DNA of 64,000 bases, from positions 7,998,001-8,062,000 of the forward strand of contig OZ176054.1 of the NCBI GenBank assembly GCA_964247055.1, read 5' to 3'. Both the position numbers and the translations under genes were made by a program. The stretch comes from Paragordius varius (lineage: Eukaryota > Animalia > Nematomorpha). This document shows positions 12,511 through 26,585 of the stretch, in pieces. Under the pieces are notes generated by a model, which was not told where the DNA came from, did not search any database, and saw only the letters and a program-made list of their open reading frames with translations. Numbering within the stretch: position 1 is the first letter of the stretch; every line of letters begins with the position of its first letter.

Positions 12511-15500
12511 AATTAAAAAAATCTTCTTCTGAGAATAATATCTGGACTCTTTTAAATGCAGTTAAAATAAAAGTTTGTAAAAAACTATTATAAAATATAA
12601 TAGACATTTTTAGGGATTATAAGAACGGAACCGTTTTTGTGGAGCATATTATTTTAAACAAAAACAATGTCAACTGTACCCTCGCCAAAATTATATTGGA
12701 TGAAGTGGTGTTGGAGCGGGATCGGAAACGGAGCTAGATTCAAAAGCAATGTTTTTTTAATTATAATCCCTGAACTTTTTAATCAAAACTATAAATTTAA
12801 ATTATTTTATAGAAAATATTACATATTTAAAATTATAATTTCTATAATAATCGAATATTCTCGTATTTAAGCGATTATCAGGGGTTCTGTAAAATCTCAG
12901 GATTTAAGTAAAGAATTATTCTATATTGGGCCTGCCACTGTTTCTCAAAACTTTTTTCATAAATCCAAAAAACTTGGTATTTTTGCAAAAGCAAAAACCA
13001 AAGCCCACATTTACGTTACATAAACCGTCGGCATTTACAAAAAAAGGTTAAATGTTTAATTAAATAATATATATTTTCATTGATAAAAATGGTTTAATAA
13101 TTTTTAACATTAGGTTATTTTTTATGGTTTTTGTTATATCAATATAATATGGTAAACAGTATAAAAAACCAATACTAATATGCCTATAAATTGAATTTTT
13201 AATAAAAAGAAACATCCATTGAGAGTAATTTGTACCAATTAATTCATCCTCTTCCCAAAATTATAAATTTATTTCCGAGATTTTGCAAAAAATATGATAA
13301 TAGTTTATAAACTAGAACCCAATTTACATCTGTATATCTAATTATAATTAGGAAATAATTTCTCTGAAATAAAATCCGCGTATGAATCAGAAAAAATCCC
13401 TTTTATTCATTTCTTTTAGTATTGGGTATTTTCTGTTTTCGCCATTTTGAGAGAAATTCAATTTTAGAACGAAGACTTCCGTTTATACTTTTCAAGTCAT
13501 TTATATCGATCATCTAAATTTAAAAGGTTTTAATTATTTAAAAACTAACATAGTGATTATCAAACACTTATTACTTTTCGATTTCAAACCCAACATATTT
13601 CATAGCCTTTGTAATATGGCGATTTAGAAAAGCTTAACGCCAATCTTTAACATCTAAAGGAAATCAAGTCTAGATCATCCTGTCAATACCCTCACATATA
13701 ATTGTTTATAAATGTATATTTAATGAATATAATTAATTGTATAAACTTTTAAGTGTATCCCACATAAAATATTGATATAAATGTTTAAGAAATTACGATA
13801 TGACCTTGATCAGACTAAGATATGGGTATATATTGATAGACACTATACTATAGTATTTATATAATGTTGCAGGTTAAGAAATCAATATTGCTATTATACA
13901 TACATACTTATTGAGGTTTATTGAAAATATTATATCCCTAAGTGCTTATTTTTTTATTTTATCTTTAAGTAAATTTTTGGCATACAAAAAAAGTGTTTTA
14001 ATACACTTCTAAAATTACATTACGATAAAATATAAAAAAAACGCTTTAAATTTATAGCTTTTTTTAAATATATAGCTGTTTATGTGTTTTACCAATATTC
14101 TTACTATATAATATTTTTTGGGTCACCTAAATTTGTTTTTACACTCTCATTAGCAATCCCTGTTTTACCGTAGCAACATAAAAAAGTAGTTTTTATTTAG
14201 TGGTAAATATTTCTAATTTGTTTAATAATATTTCTTATCTAAATTATTAATTTTATCAAAAAATATTTATTGCCTGTTTTTCTACAGTGTTAATTTCTTA
14301 TTTTTTTCCTATTTATCCATTATAAATAATAATAATACTAATCAATTTGTCAAACATGGGACATTAATTTTATGGGCGTTGAATTACGTCAAACAAAAAA
14401 ATTTTTTTTACTCTAGTGAGAAGCTCATTTAAAGTGAAATGGTATTTATCAAAATATATTAAGCACTAATATGGTTGGTTATCTTAATTTTATCGTTAAC
14501 CTAAAAAAGTATTTTTTGTGTGTTCTATACAATATATAATAAAAATAAGGGTAAATATCACAAAATTATATAATAATTTACAAGTTATTTTTTCTAATTT
14601 TTTTCAGATACCTTTTTAACGTAATTATTAAATAAAATTTAGATATTAGGTAGTATATTAGCTTACATAATATTTTAAATGTCTTTGACTGAAATATATT
14701 TTCTTTTTTTTAAATTCTACATATTTAGCTGTTTGTAATTTTTGATAGATATAGTTTTATAGGTCTAATCATACACCGAACAAACAATGACTAATTGTTT
14801 TGAACTAAGAGATACCTTATATGATTGACAAAACAAAAATACAAAAAATTTTATTATACATTCAATAATTGGTTCGATATCACAATACTAAAAAAATGGA
14901 TATGTATTTAAAATATGATATATTCGTATTTTTACTAAAATTTATTTAAAATTTTTTTAGGAAAAAAAACTGTAATTGAAAAGAAAATTAATTCAATTAT
15001 AATCAATTTAATGAAAACTTATAGTAATATTGTAAATTAATCCTAATTAATTAATTATATCATCAATAATATGTAATTTACGTACGTAAATATAAAATAT
15101 TTTGCAAAAATTTATAAAACATTCATATATATAAGGAATATAAATGTTGATTTTTTAGTTGTTTTAACATCTCACTCTCACCGCTATCATTTCCCTCTAT
15201 AAAACAGTACATAAAAAATTAACCTATTTTTCATTTTTTTCATTATACAGGAGAGGAGTAGGATTCAAGATTTTAGAAATATACTACAGGTAAATTATAA
15301 TCAAGATATATCATGAAAAAAAAGTGTAATTTAAAGGTGTAAAGTGATGATGAATGATTATAATTAAGGAAATTATCACATCTCTGTGCAACATTAAATT
15401 AACGTGGTGTGACGCGCTTTATGAGTGTATACTTTCTTCCAATCCATAAAAGCAGATCAAAGTTAATTTGATGGGCATGCCAGGGTTTAAAATAATAAAT

Positions 15501-17347
15501 CTAACATTATAATAAAACAAGCAAGGATAAAATATAAAAGAAAAATGAAATTGAATTAAATAACAAGTTATTTATGAGTTATACGTTCAAAATTTTTACT
15601 TTTTTTTCATTTTTCCCAAGACGATTTGGTGCTAGTATTTTTTGAATCACAAAATGATTTATCTTACGGCGCTTTCTAAAAAAGTATATTTTTAGTATGT
15701 GGAATTGAAAATCATATATTTAAGATATACCACTTATCCCTAAACATCTAAACTTACAATGTTAGTTAATACGTCGTGAATAAGGTAAAAATAAAAATAA
15801 TTTTATTGAAATTTCAATCAGCAAGAATCGTTTAGAAAATTAAAGTATAACTTTCATTATCAGGTAAGGTCCAGTTTATCGACAAAAGAACTATACCTAT
15901 GATATAACAGATTACACCCATAAGGATTTTAAATTTGTCTTTAATTGTAAATTATTATATATGTAAAAATATTTTAATTCCTCTGACTAACTGTAATTAC
16001 AACACACGTGCCAAACAACTCTATGGAGCAATAATCAATCCCTGTGTTAACTTTCCATGTTCTCATTTACACCGTTCATATTTCAATCAATTATTATGTA
16101 GTATATCATACAATTTTATCTTTACTAAAAACAAACAATATTAGGCATGTATAATAACATAAAAACGGGAGTAGGAATTTGTATAACGTTTTTTACCAAT
16201 ATATATTCTCATGTTTCCTTTTCTGTTTTATATATGTATATCGCAAAATATGTAAAATGGGAACGAAAAGGTGTAAAAAATATTATTATAATAATATACA
16301 AATAGCGTAGGGTATAAAAAAAGTTAGTCCAAAAAATTAAATAAACACAAAATTAATGTAAAAGTATGGGGGTAGAATGTGTTTAATTTCTACTATTTGT
16401 TGTTTTTTACCATACGCTACTGTAAAACAAAAAAATTTAAAGGTGTTTTTGTTGGTAGTTTTTGCTTTTTTTTCTGTAAAATAAACCATGAAGCAAAAAC
16501 CTAATTTCGTTTTGCTATTGCTTTTATAAATATCATATCGATTGAATGTTATACATTGTTACGTATTCATATTAAATAAAAAAATAATTAAATTAATTTT
16601 TTGTTAGTTTTGGGATATATAAATATTGCTTTTGGGGGGTATAAAAAAAAACTTTTTGCATGATAGAATTTGCGACTTTTATCACATAGATAAATGGTAA
16701 ATAGATAGATCTTTGACGAATAATTCATTATAATATAAAACATATTTTTATAATTGCGTAATAAATATTTTTCAAAATTAAAAAAAGAAAAAAAAAGTGT
16801 TTTATAAGTTTTTCTCCCAATGAAAAAAAACGTGCGCATATGGTAATTAATGCATTATAAATTATTATAAAATATATACATTAATCATCATATTTTATCA
16901 TTAAAAAAAATAAAATTTGTATACCTTATTTATATATAAAATTTGTGCGCGACAAATTAAAAATATTTATTGTAAAGATATTCCAAGTTAAAAATACAAT
17001 TTGTGTTTTAACCAACCTACATTTATAACATAACATAACATAACACACAAAAATATTTTTTTACTTTTTATTTTTATACACGGTATATATTTGTTCTGTT
17101 AACCAAATAAAAAATCCAATAAAATATTTTTTTTCTTCATAAAATTAATACTACTATTTCCGCTATATCTTCCTTCGTGTTTTATATACAAATTTGCGCG
17201 ATATAATCTTTTTTGTTTTAATTATACATATCATCATATCTATAAAATTTTTTTTTTCCAAAAGTTTATAATATATCCTCAACAACCCAATCAATAAAAT
17301 TATGAAGAGAAACAACGATTAAACCACAACCCAGGGCTAATAAAATA

Positions 17348-20300
17348 ATGACAAATAAAAATCATGTTGATTCCAGAATCACAGATGACAACCCAACGAG
17401 CCAATGTAATATGAGAAGATCCGTTCCTACCCTTATTATTAAGAGTAGAAAAAGTATTAGTCAAGTGAAAACATCTTTCTTACATTGTGATAATAATATA
17501 GTTAGGAGGTTGAAAACAACAAAGGCCCAAAATTGTGTTGAAACAACCAAAAATTATTATTCCGAAAACATATTAGGATTAAACTATTTCTCACCAACAG
17601 CGTTTGCGGACTCTGATAAAGGCACAATGAAATTCAATGATATAGAAATCCATTCGACTAGTTTGTCAAATAATCATTTTAATCTTCGCACACATACAAA
17701 TTATAATCCGATAAAAAGTTCGAGAAAAACCCACAAATCCACCATCATTACGAAATTTAATCCATACACCGCATTTATCTGCCTATTTTTACTTTCCCTA
17801 TTCACATGCCCTTTAACAGGTTGATTATTATTTTAGTTAGCGTTATATTTCTAGGATTACCAATTATTCAAATCTTATAATATCTAACTTATGATTATGA
17901 TTGAATTTTAATTTATAGCATTTCTCAATCATAAAGAAATTAATTGGAAAGTTTCTTAGCAGTACACGATTATTTTATGTTATCAATATTTATGGATATA
18001 ATGCTTAAGCACCGTTAAAATATTTTGTTTTTAGATTGTTAATATATTTTCTATGATTCTAGCCAAATCTCTTTAATTTTCTATTAAATATTTAATATTC
18101 GGACCTTTAACATGCAAATTGTTTTTAACAACCGCGTCAAGCCGTGTAATTTTTTAAATAGTAACACAGATACGATATAAAATTAATTGATCATAATTTT
18201 TATTTTTTTATTTAATGTGTATATAATTATACCTCATCTGGTTTTGAATAAATTTTGATTTTTTCTTTACTGTTTCTAAGTGACCATATGCATTTTTTTA
18301 TCATCTCATCATTATGGATAATAAAAACATTAAGTTAACTAATAAAAACAGAGGTTCAAGGAGGTTTCTTCTTTTTATCATAGTGATCGCAAAAAATTAT
18401 AATCATAAAATATTTTTATATATTTGTATCATTGATAAGTAGAAAATGATAAACTTAGTTTTAGAGCGATAAGCCAATTCGAGAATTTATTTTTTCTTTG
18501 AATGGTTATGCAAATGACAATTTGGGTTTACGACACGGTTGAGTTTAAAACTGGTTTTTTGCTCTTAAAACATAACACTTTATAGAGATATTATTCAAAT
18601 TTATATGCAAAATCAAATAAATACGATTTTGTCCCTATTCAAATTCATTTACATTTTTCTGATTCATTACCGTTTAATATAGAGTGAACATAGTGATTTA
18701 AAGTAAAATTGTTTAGAATGTAATAATTTTTGGTTATTAGTGGGTCACTTTACAAATGAGATCAGGAGTGTTCATACAAATACCTTCGCGGACCACATTT
18801 TTGACTAAAAAATCTGGCGTGGCATACGGAAAATATATATAAGCATAATAAATATTTTTTACATAAAACTGGTAAAAAAATTTACGACGACAATATTACT
18901 ATATTTATTTCACTAGTTTTTGCTAGTTCGTTGTCAATATTTGGGAAGACTCGTCTGAAATTTGTTTAAGCAATGCCAATTTTACTAAAGTTTTGCATAG
19001 CATGTTTTTTGTAAATTATTGAATATCTTACAGTAGCACATGTCATAAAACAGTATTAGTCCATAAAAGAACAAAAATTTTTTAACAAAACAAGGGGTTA
19101 TTATGGATATGTTATATACAACTAGGTTTGTTTTATTAAAAAAACATGGGCTAATAATGTTTTATGCAATACGCTACTGTATTTGGTAATTTTCAAAAAT
19201 TTTCTGCGATCTCAGTATGGAAAACCCCTAATATAAATGCATGATAAATTAGCGGACCGAGTGTTGAAAACCCCTAATATAAATGCATGATAAATTATTA
19301 TATACGATCCTAAATTTATGTATTTTATCATAGTTTTGAGTCAACAACCCAAACCAGAAGATGATTTACCCATTTCTGTGGAAGCACCACAAGCCGCAGT
19401 TCCAACTAACACTCCGGCTCCCCCACAAGCTAATGCCCCCAATGCGGCCCCAGTTGGGGATGTTTCCGCCCCAATAATATCGGAACCACCGATTAACGTT
19501 AAGCTTGATCAATGTAGCGGTCGGACTGCCACTGTAAAATGGGACCCGCCAGCGAAAACAGATGTCTTGAAATATCTGGTCTTGGGTCACGTTGATGGAA
19601 CACCTGATCATGAACTTGACCGCCTAGGTTTTAAAAAAATTTGATATATTCATAATTGTTCTGCTAGAGATATAATCTGGAGTTTGTCTTTAAAATTTAC
19701 GATGAATTATACTGTTTCATCTTAATCAAACCCATTTATATGAATTATAGCATAGTTAGGGCGATATTTCAAAAAGATTTTTTGTTGTTTTTACGATTAT
19801 TGTTAATTTGATTATTTTTAGGATTGGAATAGAGGCGTTGTTTGCAATATATTTTTATTTTTTTGTATTTTTGACGGGTTATGATGTATGATGATAAACG
19901 AAAAATATTTAATTTGATATTTTACGATCATTGGTATTAATGTATATTGTGTATCGAAAGGTATACAATTCTCATAGAAGAGTTTTTTTATTACAACATT
20001 TCAATGAGCCTAATATTTTTTAAAACTATTACCACATTCTAAGGTTTACAATATAATCAATATTGGTCTTTGATATTTTTTGACAATTTCAATTACTCAT
20101 TATTCTTATTTAGGCGAAGCACCAGGAAGCGAGAATATGTTAAGTGTAGATATAAAACCGGGAGGGAAATATCGCTTTAAAGTGGCCACAGTTAATCGCG
20201 ATGAATACATTAGTGTGCCGAGTGCAGCTACCGAGGTATGCAGTAGTCCTGGGGACGTGCCAGCCCATCACCCGTTAAACGTTGTGGGAAAAGGAACTGA

Positions 20301-23300
20301 TAATAACAACATGGTCATTTCATGGGAAGTATAATTACTAACATTAGCGCTAAAAATTAACCTAATCTCTCTCACTCTCTCTCATATAAATTTTAAATTA
20401 TAAATGTCTAAGTCTAATAGTTTTTTTTGGCTTTTAAGTGCTTAAAAAATAAATGTAAATGGGTTTAGGTATTTAAACGATAGCGCCCTTTTATATTTTT
20501 ACACCGTATGAATACCGGTTTATAATTGGGCCAAACTAATATTATAAATGTGCACAAAAAGGCAAAAGTTAAATATTTTGTAGTAAACTCGACTTTTTTT
20601 AAAATGAATCTAAGTCTTTCATAATAAAATATTTGTTAGTTTTAGGTTTCATGCTTTCAAATCCAATTATGATTCAATAATCTAAATTAGTAAAACAATT
20701 TAACAAATATCCTTCATTTATTTGTATAGCCCCTTACGCACAATGAATTAAACGGTCCCGATTTTCATTACAAAGTTGAATACAAACCGAGAGACGAAAC
20801 AGAATGGAAAAGTGCCGAAGTCCGAAATCCGGAAGAAAATACCTACACTATTAAAGGTTTGATAAAATTTTGATATTGCAATATATAAATATAAACAAAC
20901 ATGCGATAAAAATTAAACATCATTCATATATCGTTAATTTTTGGTTTGATTAGATATTGGAAAATATACACCCTACGATATTAAAGTCAGTGCTTACAAT
21001 AGTTTTGGGCCTGCAAACGGGGAACCATCTCAAGCTGTTGGTTTTTCTGGCGAAGATAGTAATATTTTATAATTACTATTTATTGCTATGCAAAATTTAG
21101 CGAAACTATGATATTTGATTAATAAACGCATATTTATATTTGCTTTAGTTCCTACGGCTAAGGTTGAGAATTTACAATTACAAGAAATTATTGATGGTAA
21201 GCGAGCTCGAATATCTTGGTCCCCGGTTAACCCGAACGAAATGAATGGCCCCTTAGTGGGATACAAAGTAAATTTCATGAAATTACTTAACATTTAGAAA
21301 TTAATGTATGCAATTTTAGTTAAATTCTAACTTATAATAAGTCTAAATTTGAATCTAAATATCTACCGTAAAGACTCAAGAAACATTGCAAAATATCTTT
21401 TTTTGTTTTTAAAGAAGGAAGAATGTAAAATAACCATGCCTTTTCTTGAATCTTCCAATTATTTCGGAAAATTTGTTGATTTTAAAACCGCTTAATTATA
21501 AAAAATTATTTATTTAATGCCAACACAAAAATAAGTACAAGAAAACTAATATTTTCTTATATCGAGCTGCCTTTGCCACATAGTACTTTATTTTATCCAA
21601 TTAGTCTTTTTTCTACAATAGATTCGAAGTTATACTACCTCATACGAAGGAGATAATTTGACGGAAACAATTGTACCTCCCCGTGCCACGAATGCTTTGA
21701 TTGATATTCTTAGACCAAACACTGAGAATGTCGTCAAAATCGCAGCCTACAACAATAAGTTTGATGGGCCTGAAAGTGAAGAGTTGGTTATTAGTACACC
21801 TGAAGCTGGTAATTTTTAATAATAAGCACATAAATTCTCTTTTTTATATTTATTTTTTGGAATCATAGAATAGGTTTAATTTGTATTCAATGATACCTTT
21901 TACTAATTTTTATCGTTTATATGAAATACTTAATCAAAGTATTTACATTTATGTTGGCCAATACACATTTTTGGCCAATTGGCATTACAGTACTCAAATA
22001 ATGTAATAAAGATTGAAAATAATAGAAATGTGCATATATTTTAATTTTATCAAAACTTGTTTATTACATTTAAATTTAACAACAAAATTAAAAATAAATA
22101 CTGCCAATAATTAAAATTATAGATTTCACAATCTCAGATTATATAATTAAAAATTTTAAAAATCTTTTTTATTCTATATAGTTCCAGGAAAACCACAAAA
22201 CTTTAAAGCCATGGCACTTGGCCCCACAAACATTCGATTCTCATGGTCTCAACCCATAGAAAAAAATGGCGTCATCAAGGGATACAGAGTCATGTACGCC
22301 CCAGGTAATTTATATTAAATAGGGTTAGATGAATTTTTAATTTGCCAAAAATATGGTTTTTGGTTTAATTTAAAAATTTTTTAAGTGTAATTATTAAATA
22401 TTCCCTTTTTTTGTAGTGGATCAAGCTGGAAATCCATTGGCACCCGAACAAGAAGCTAGGGTTGAGCCTTTGTCACAAGAAGCTTTTATTTCAAGTGAAT
22501 ATGGATAAATTTATAATTTGTTTGCAAAATTATATTTTTGCGTAAGAAGATGTTTTTTAAAAAAATATTTTATTGATATACAAAGGATTACAACCAGAAT
22601 CAAACTATAAAGCTAATATTCGAGCAGCAACATCAGTTGGATATGGAGAGCCTGCTGAGGCTATGACAAGAACTACTCGACCTGGAGGTATTCGTTTTTA
22701 ATCAAATGTTGAAAAGAATACAAAATTAATAATAATGACCTAAAATATATAAAATTTTTATATTATTGATAATCAATTGAATTAGACATATATCCAATTT
22801 TTAAGAATGTTTCATCCTTTATATTTTATATTTAGCCCCAGATAAACCTGATTTTGATGTATCAGTTGTCGATGGAGGTTTCAATATAACTGTGAAACCA
22901 AGTGCATTCCCTGGGGCCTTTTACCATGTTCTTTACAAAAAAACAGGTAAGATAGGATTTTATCAAATTTTAACTAATAATATAATTCTCCTGGACATAA
23001 TTCTATTAGTACACTTTTTATAGATGGTCTTATTCATGTACTTTCAAACATACCAATCCAAAATTTATAATCGCTTTATATCCATTATCGTTCTATTTTA
23101 AGCCGGGTGCGTTTTATTTAACCAAAAATGTTAAGAATATATCTTATTATAATTAACTTCTCTTACAACAATAATTGTCTTATCTTTACAGGCGAAAATT
23201 GGACCTCGACAAAACTCCAATCCTTTGATCGTTCCAGAATGATTCGAAACGTTAGCGAGAACACGGCCTATCAAATTCGCGTGAAAGCAGTAAATGATGA

Positions 23301-24478
23301 TCAAACATCTATCAGCGCACCACAAACTGTTATGGTACCGTTGGAAAGTTTGAATTTTATTATTGTATCAGCTAAGGAATTTCTAAGACTTTTATTTGAG
23401 TTTACAGCTTCCAAACAATTCTATAGTATTTACCTAATTCCATCTAACCCTTATCAAATTTTTTTTCTATTAGGAGCCCCTAACACTCCATTTAATGTGA
23501 ATGTCGATCGATGCGATGCTAAAGAATCAAAAATATCTTGGGATGTTAAACCAGTTGATCATTCTCCCATTACAAACTTTAAGATTGAACACCAAGAAGA
23601 AGGAAATGAAGATTGGAAAGAGTTGGAAGGTTTTTTAACATATTTATTTTTAATTTAAAATTTATGTTGGAGTCTGCAATTATTGATCTAAATTCTATAA
23701 ATTTTGACATATAATTGTATAACAAGCATGCGTCGTTTAATTTAGCATTTTCACTTTACAAAACTTTTATCCAATTATTTTAGGTGTTCCATTCATTTTG
23801 GGTGTTTTCAGTGCTATATTGCTTGCTCTAAACTAAAATTTACAATTAAATAATAACAGTATGAATAAGAATATACAGCTAGTTTTTCATTAATTATTGC
23901 AAGATATGGCATCTAATGCAGAGGGCTGTATTATTGGATTGCATTTATTTTTTCCCACTTTTACCTATTATTAGCCAATAATAATTCTCTTTAAAGTTTA
24001 TGCTATCCAGCATATTTAATGAAAAGCTAGCAATAATTAAAACAAAAAACAAAAGTGTCATTTATACATGTGCTTCTAAGTTTAATCTCCCCCCATAATT
24101 TAAGGTAATCATGCATCGGATTCGGAAGAATTCGTTATAACTGACCTACCTCCTGGTCGTCACCGATTCCGTATTTTAGCGGTCAATAAGAATGGTGTAA
24201 GTAGCCCGAGTGAACCAACACCCATATGTGATATTAGTACGGGTCTGACTGGGGCAGGAACTCCTAAGGGTGGTGTCGAAGGCGCGGGGGGTGAAGGACA
24301 AGCCGATGGAACAGCTAAAACTGGAACAGATGCTGCCAAACCGACTCAAATAATTAAGGGGAAATCTGGAGCTGTTAGTAGTATGCTACTATCATCTTCT
24401 TACGGGAAATATACGGTTATAATCTCCACAATAGGATTAATATGTTTTGGTAGATTGATTGGTGGTCCGTTACATTAA
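17348..24478 (+). CDS. Neuroglian/L1CAM-related protein of six FN3 domains, no Ig domains, C-terminal GPI-like signal (about 872 aa)
   Basis: 14 phase-consistent exons: 17348-17819, 19334-19627, 20114-20328, 20730-20856, 20954-21058, 21149-21267, 21622-21808, 22182-22304, 22417-22494, 22586-22687, 22836-22946, 23192-23347, 23474-23629, 24105-24478 (TAA). L1-family signatures: CSSPGDVPAHHPLNVVGKGTDNNNMVISWEP, NGPDFHY, GFSGEDIP, STPEAVPGKP. Confidence 0.85.
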
Positions 24479-25439
24479 ATGTAAGATGAAACGCAAAACT
24501 AACTATAAAATTTAATCACTGCAAAATATTTTAATATGTATGCAAAAACAACGCATCTCATTACCAATCCTGTACGGTTATTTTGTTGTGCTATATCAAT
24601 TTTGCATTTGTTGGCAAAATTATATATACTTTTATGTAAAATAAAATTTAAAAAATGCAAAATTATTTAAATATACCATATTAAATTATTTTCATCATGT
24701 AATTTATATATAAATGCGATTATACTGCCCTCATAGTTACACAATTAATTTTATATCTTAACTTGCAAATGTATGACAATTAATTTTAAGATTGAATATA
24801 TTTTATTATATAGTTTTTCTTTGATTTTGCAATTTTTGATTATTTTACCATTTCAGAAATAATATAATTTAATCTTCATATATTATTATTGTGTCCATTA
24901 TATTAGTCAATATTCATTTTATAAGACATGTATGCAACATTTAATATTTTTAATAATTTTAATAATTTAATATGTAACGTTTATATATCTCTCTCTATAA
25001 ATTTATATATATTATGAAAAAAAGTGTTATTTTATTAATAAATTTAATGTATTAATATGGCTGACACATTTTTTTAAAAAGTAGAGGGTGTCATTATATC
25101 TAAGATTAGTTTTTAATTTTTAAGGTTTTATTATTGTTCAGATGTGGATTTTTTATGGGGGAAAAAATTGAATTTTAACTTGGGTATTTGGTTTCTAGAA
25201 AATTTATATCTAAACATAGACTTATTGTTTTTGATATAATAATTTCATAAAATTCCTATTTAAAATTAAATATTTTAAGCGATCCAGTTTGAATAGCGTT
25301 AGGGACTTGTAATTACTCGTTTAAAACTGTTGATATTTTAATCCCTAAAGAATTTTTTTATATAGACCTTTCCCTCTTTGGAATACACTGGGGCTATAAA
25401 TTAGGCATCTTATGACATGATTATATTGTAATGTTTAAT

Positions 25440-26090
25440 ATATACCATTTGCACTTCAAGAGTATCCTTGAACATTTCAAGTTGCTTGAACAGTTCAAGT
25501 TCCTTGAACAATTCAAGTTTGTCCTTGAACATTTCAAGTTGGTTTTTAAAATTTTTAAATTTTGATTTAATCATAATTTTTGCATGTATTTATTTTATTA
25601 TTTTTTAATCTAATTTTTTTTGTTTATTATATATTTAATCATTTCAAAATTAAAATTTCTATTCAAAAATCACTTTTTTATTTCAAACTAATTTTTTTCC
25701 AATTTAATACAATTATTAACTTTTAGTGTTTTCAATGAAAATTTTAAATAATAACCCAGAAAACTTATATATTTTTTAATTAGGTTTTATAATTATATTA
25801 ATATCCAAAAAAATTTAAAGAAATTAATAAAGTTATACGGTTTCTCAATGATTAAAAGTTGATATTGTTTTATAATTTATGTTAAATAATAAAAAATAGG
25901 TTAAAAACGATAAAGATATACGATTTAATTGATAAATGTTAAAACAAAACAAAAAAGTCAAAGGACCAACTTGAATTGTTCAAGGACAAACTTGAACTGT
26001 TCAAAGACCTGAACTGTTCAAAGACCAACTTGAACTGTTCAAGGACCAACTTGAATGTTCAAGGAAACTCTTGAAGTGCAAATGATATAT
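25440..26090. mobile_element. Foldback MITE with inverted subterminal tandem arrays
   Basis: TIR ATATACCATTTGCACTTCAAGAG / CTCTTGAAGTGCAAATGATATAT, followed on each side by 4-5 tandem units of about 20 bp with the palindromic core TTGAAC-N-GTTCAA. Confidence 0.8.
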
Positions 26091-26149
26091 TTTAGTTTTC
26101 AAAAAATTGATATTTAATTATCGTTTTGCCATTTATAGCATTTATTAAA

Positions 26150-26585
26150 CACTTGTCGGTTCATCAATATATTATTATGATTTATTCAGGCTTGGGGTCG
26201 CTAGTTCCATTTTATATCGAAGCTCTGATGAACCGAATATAAAAAAATATTCATTCAACTTGACATTGCTTATTTTATAGATAAACCCGATGGTAAAAAT
26301 ATAGCCAAAAAGACATTTGTGCATTAGCTAAATATAAAAATAAAAAACAAATCACTTTTTCTGTTTATATTGATGTTAGTCATTTTATAAACAAAAATAA
26401 CTTTAGTTAAATATTTTGCAAAATCTTCTAAAATAAAAATAGCGTCGAAGCAGTTTGATATGGAGTTTTTTTAAAAAAACTAAATATTTATACGTTTATT
26501 TATATATTTTTATTGGGATAAAATCACATATTTAAATTGGAACCCTCTTCTTGAGTAGTTTTTCAACATTACCCCATGTTGAATC
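26150..26585. mobile_element. Old diverged reverse copy of family A
   Basis: Contains aaaatagcgtcgaagcagtttgatatgga and ttaaattggaacc, matching family A internal sequence in reverse. Confidence 0.55.

Noticed and set aside
12667-12870. ORF with VPSPKLYWMK as a possible missing Ig exon of the FN3 gene
   Set aside because: An in-frame stop lies just upstream with no AG acceptor between, there are no Ig Cys motifs, and the FN3 gene has its own signal sequence downstream.
25460-26080. CRISPR array or heat-shock element cluster
   Set aside because: Units are tandem without unique spacers, in a eukaryotic context with no cas genes. GAA-N3-TTC spacing does not fit the nGAAn heat-shock pattern.
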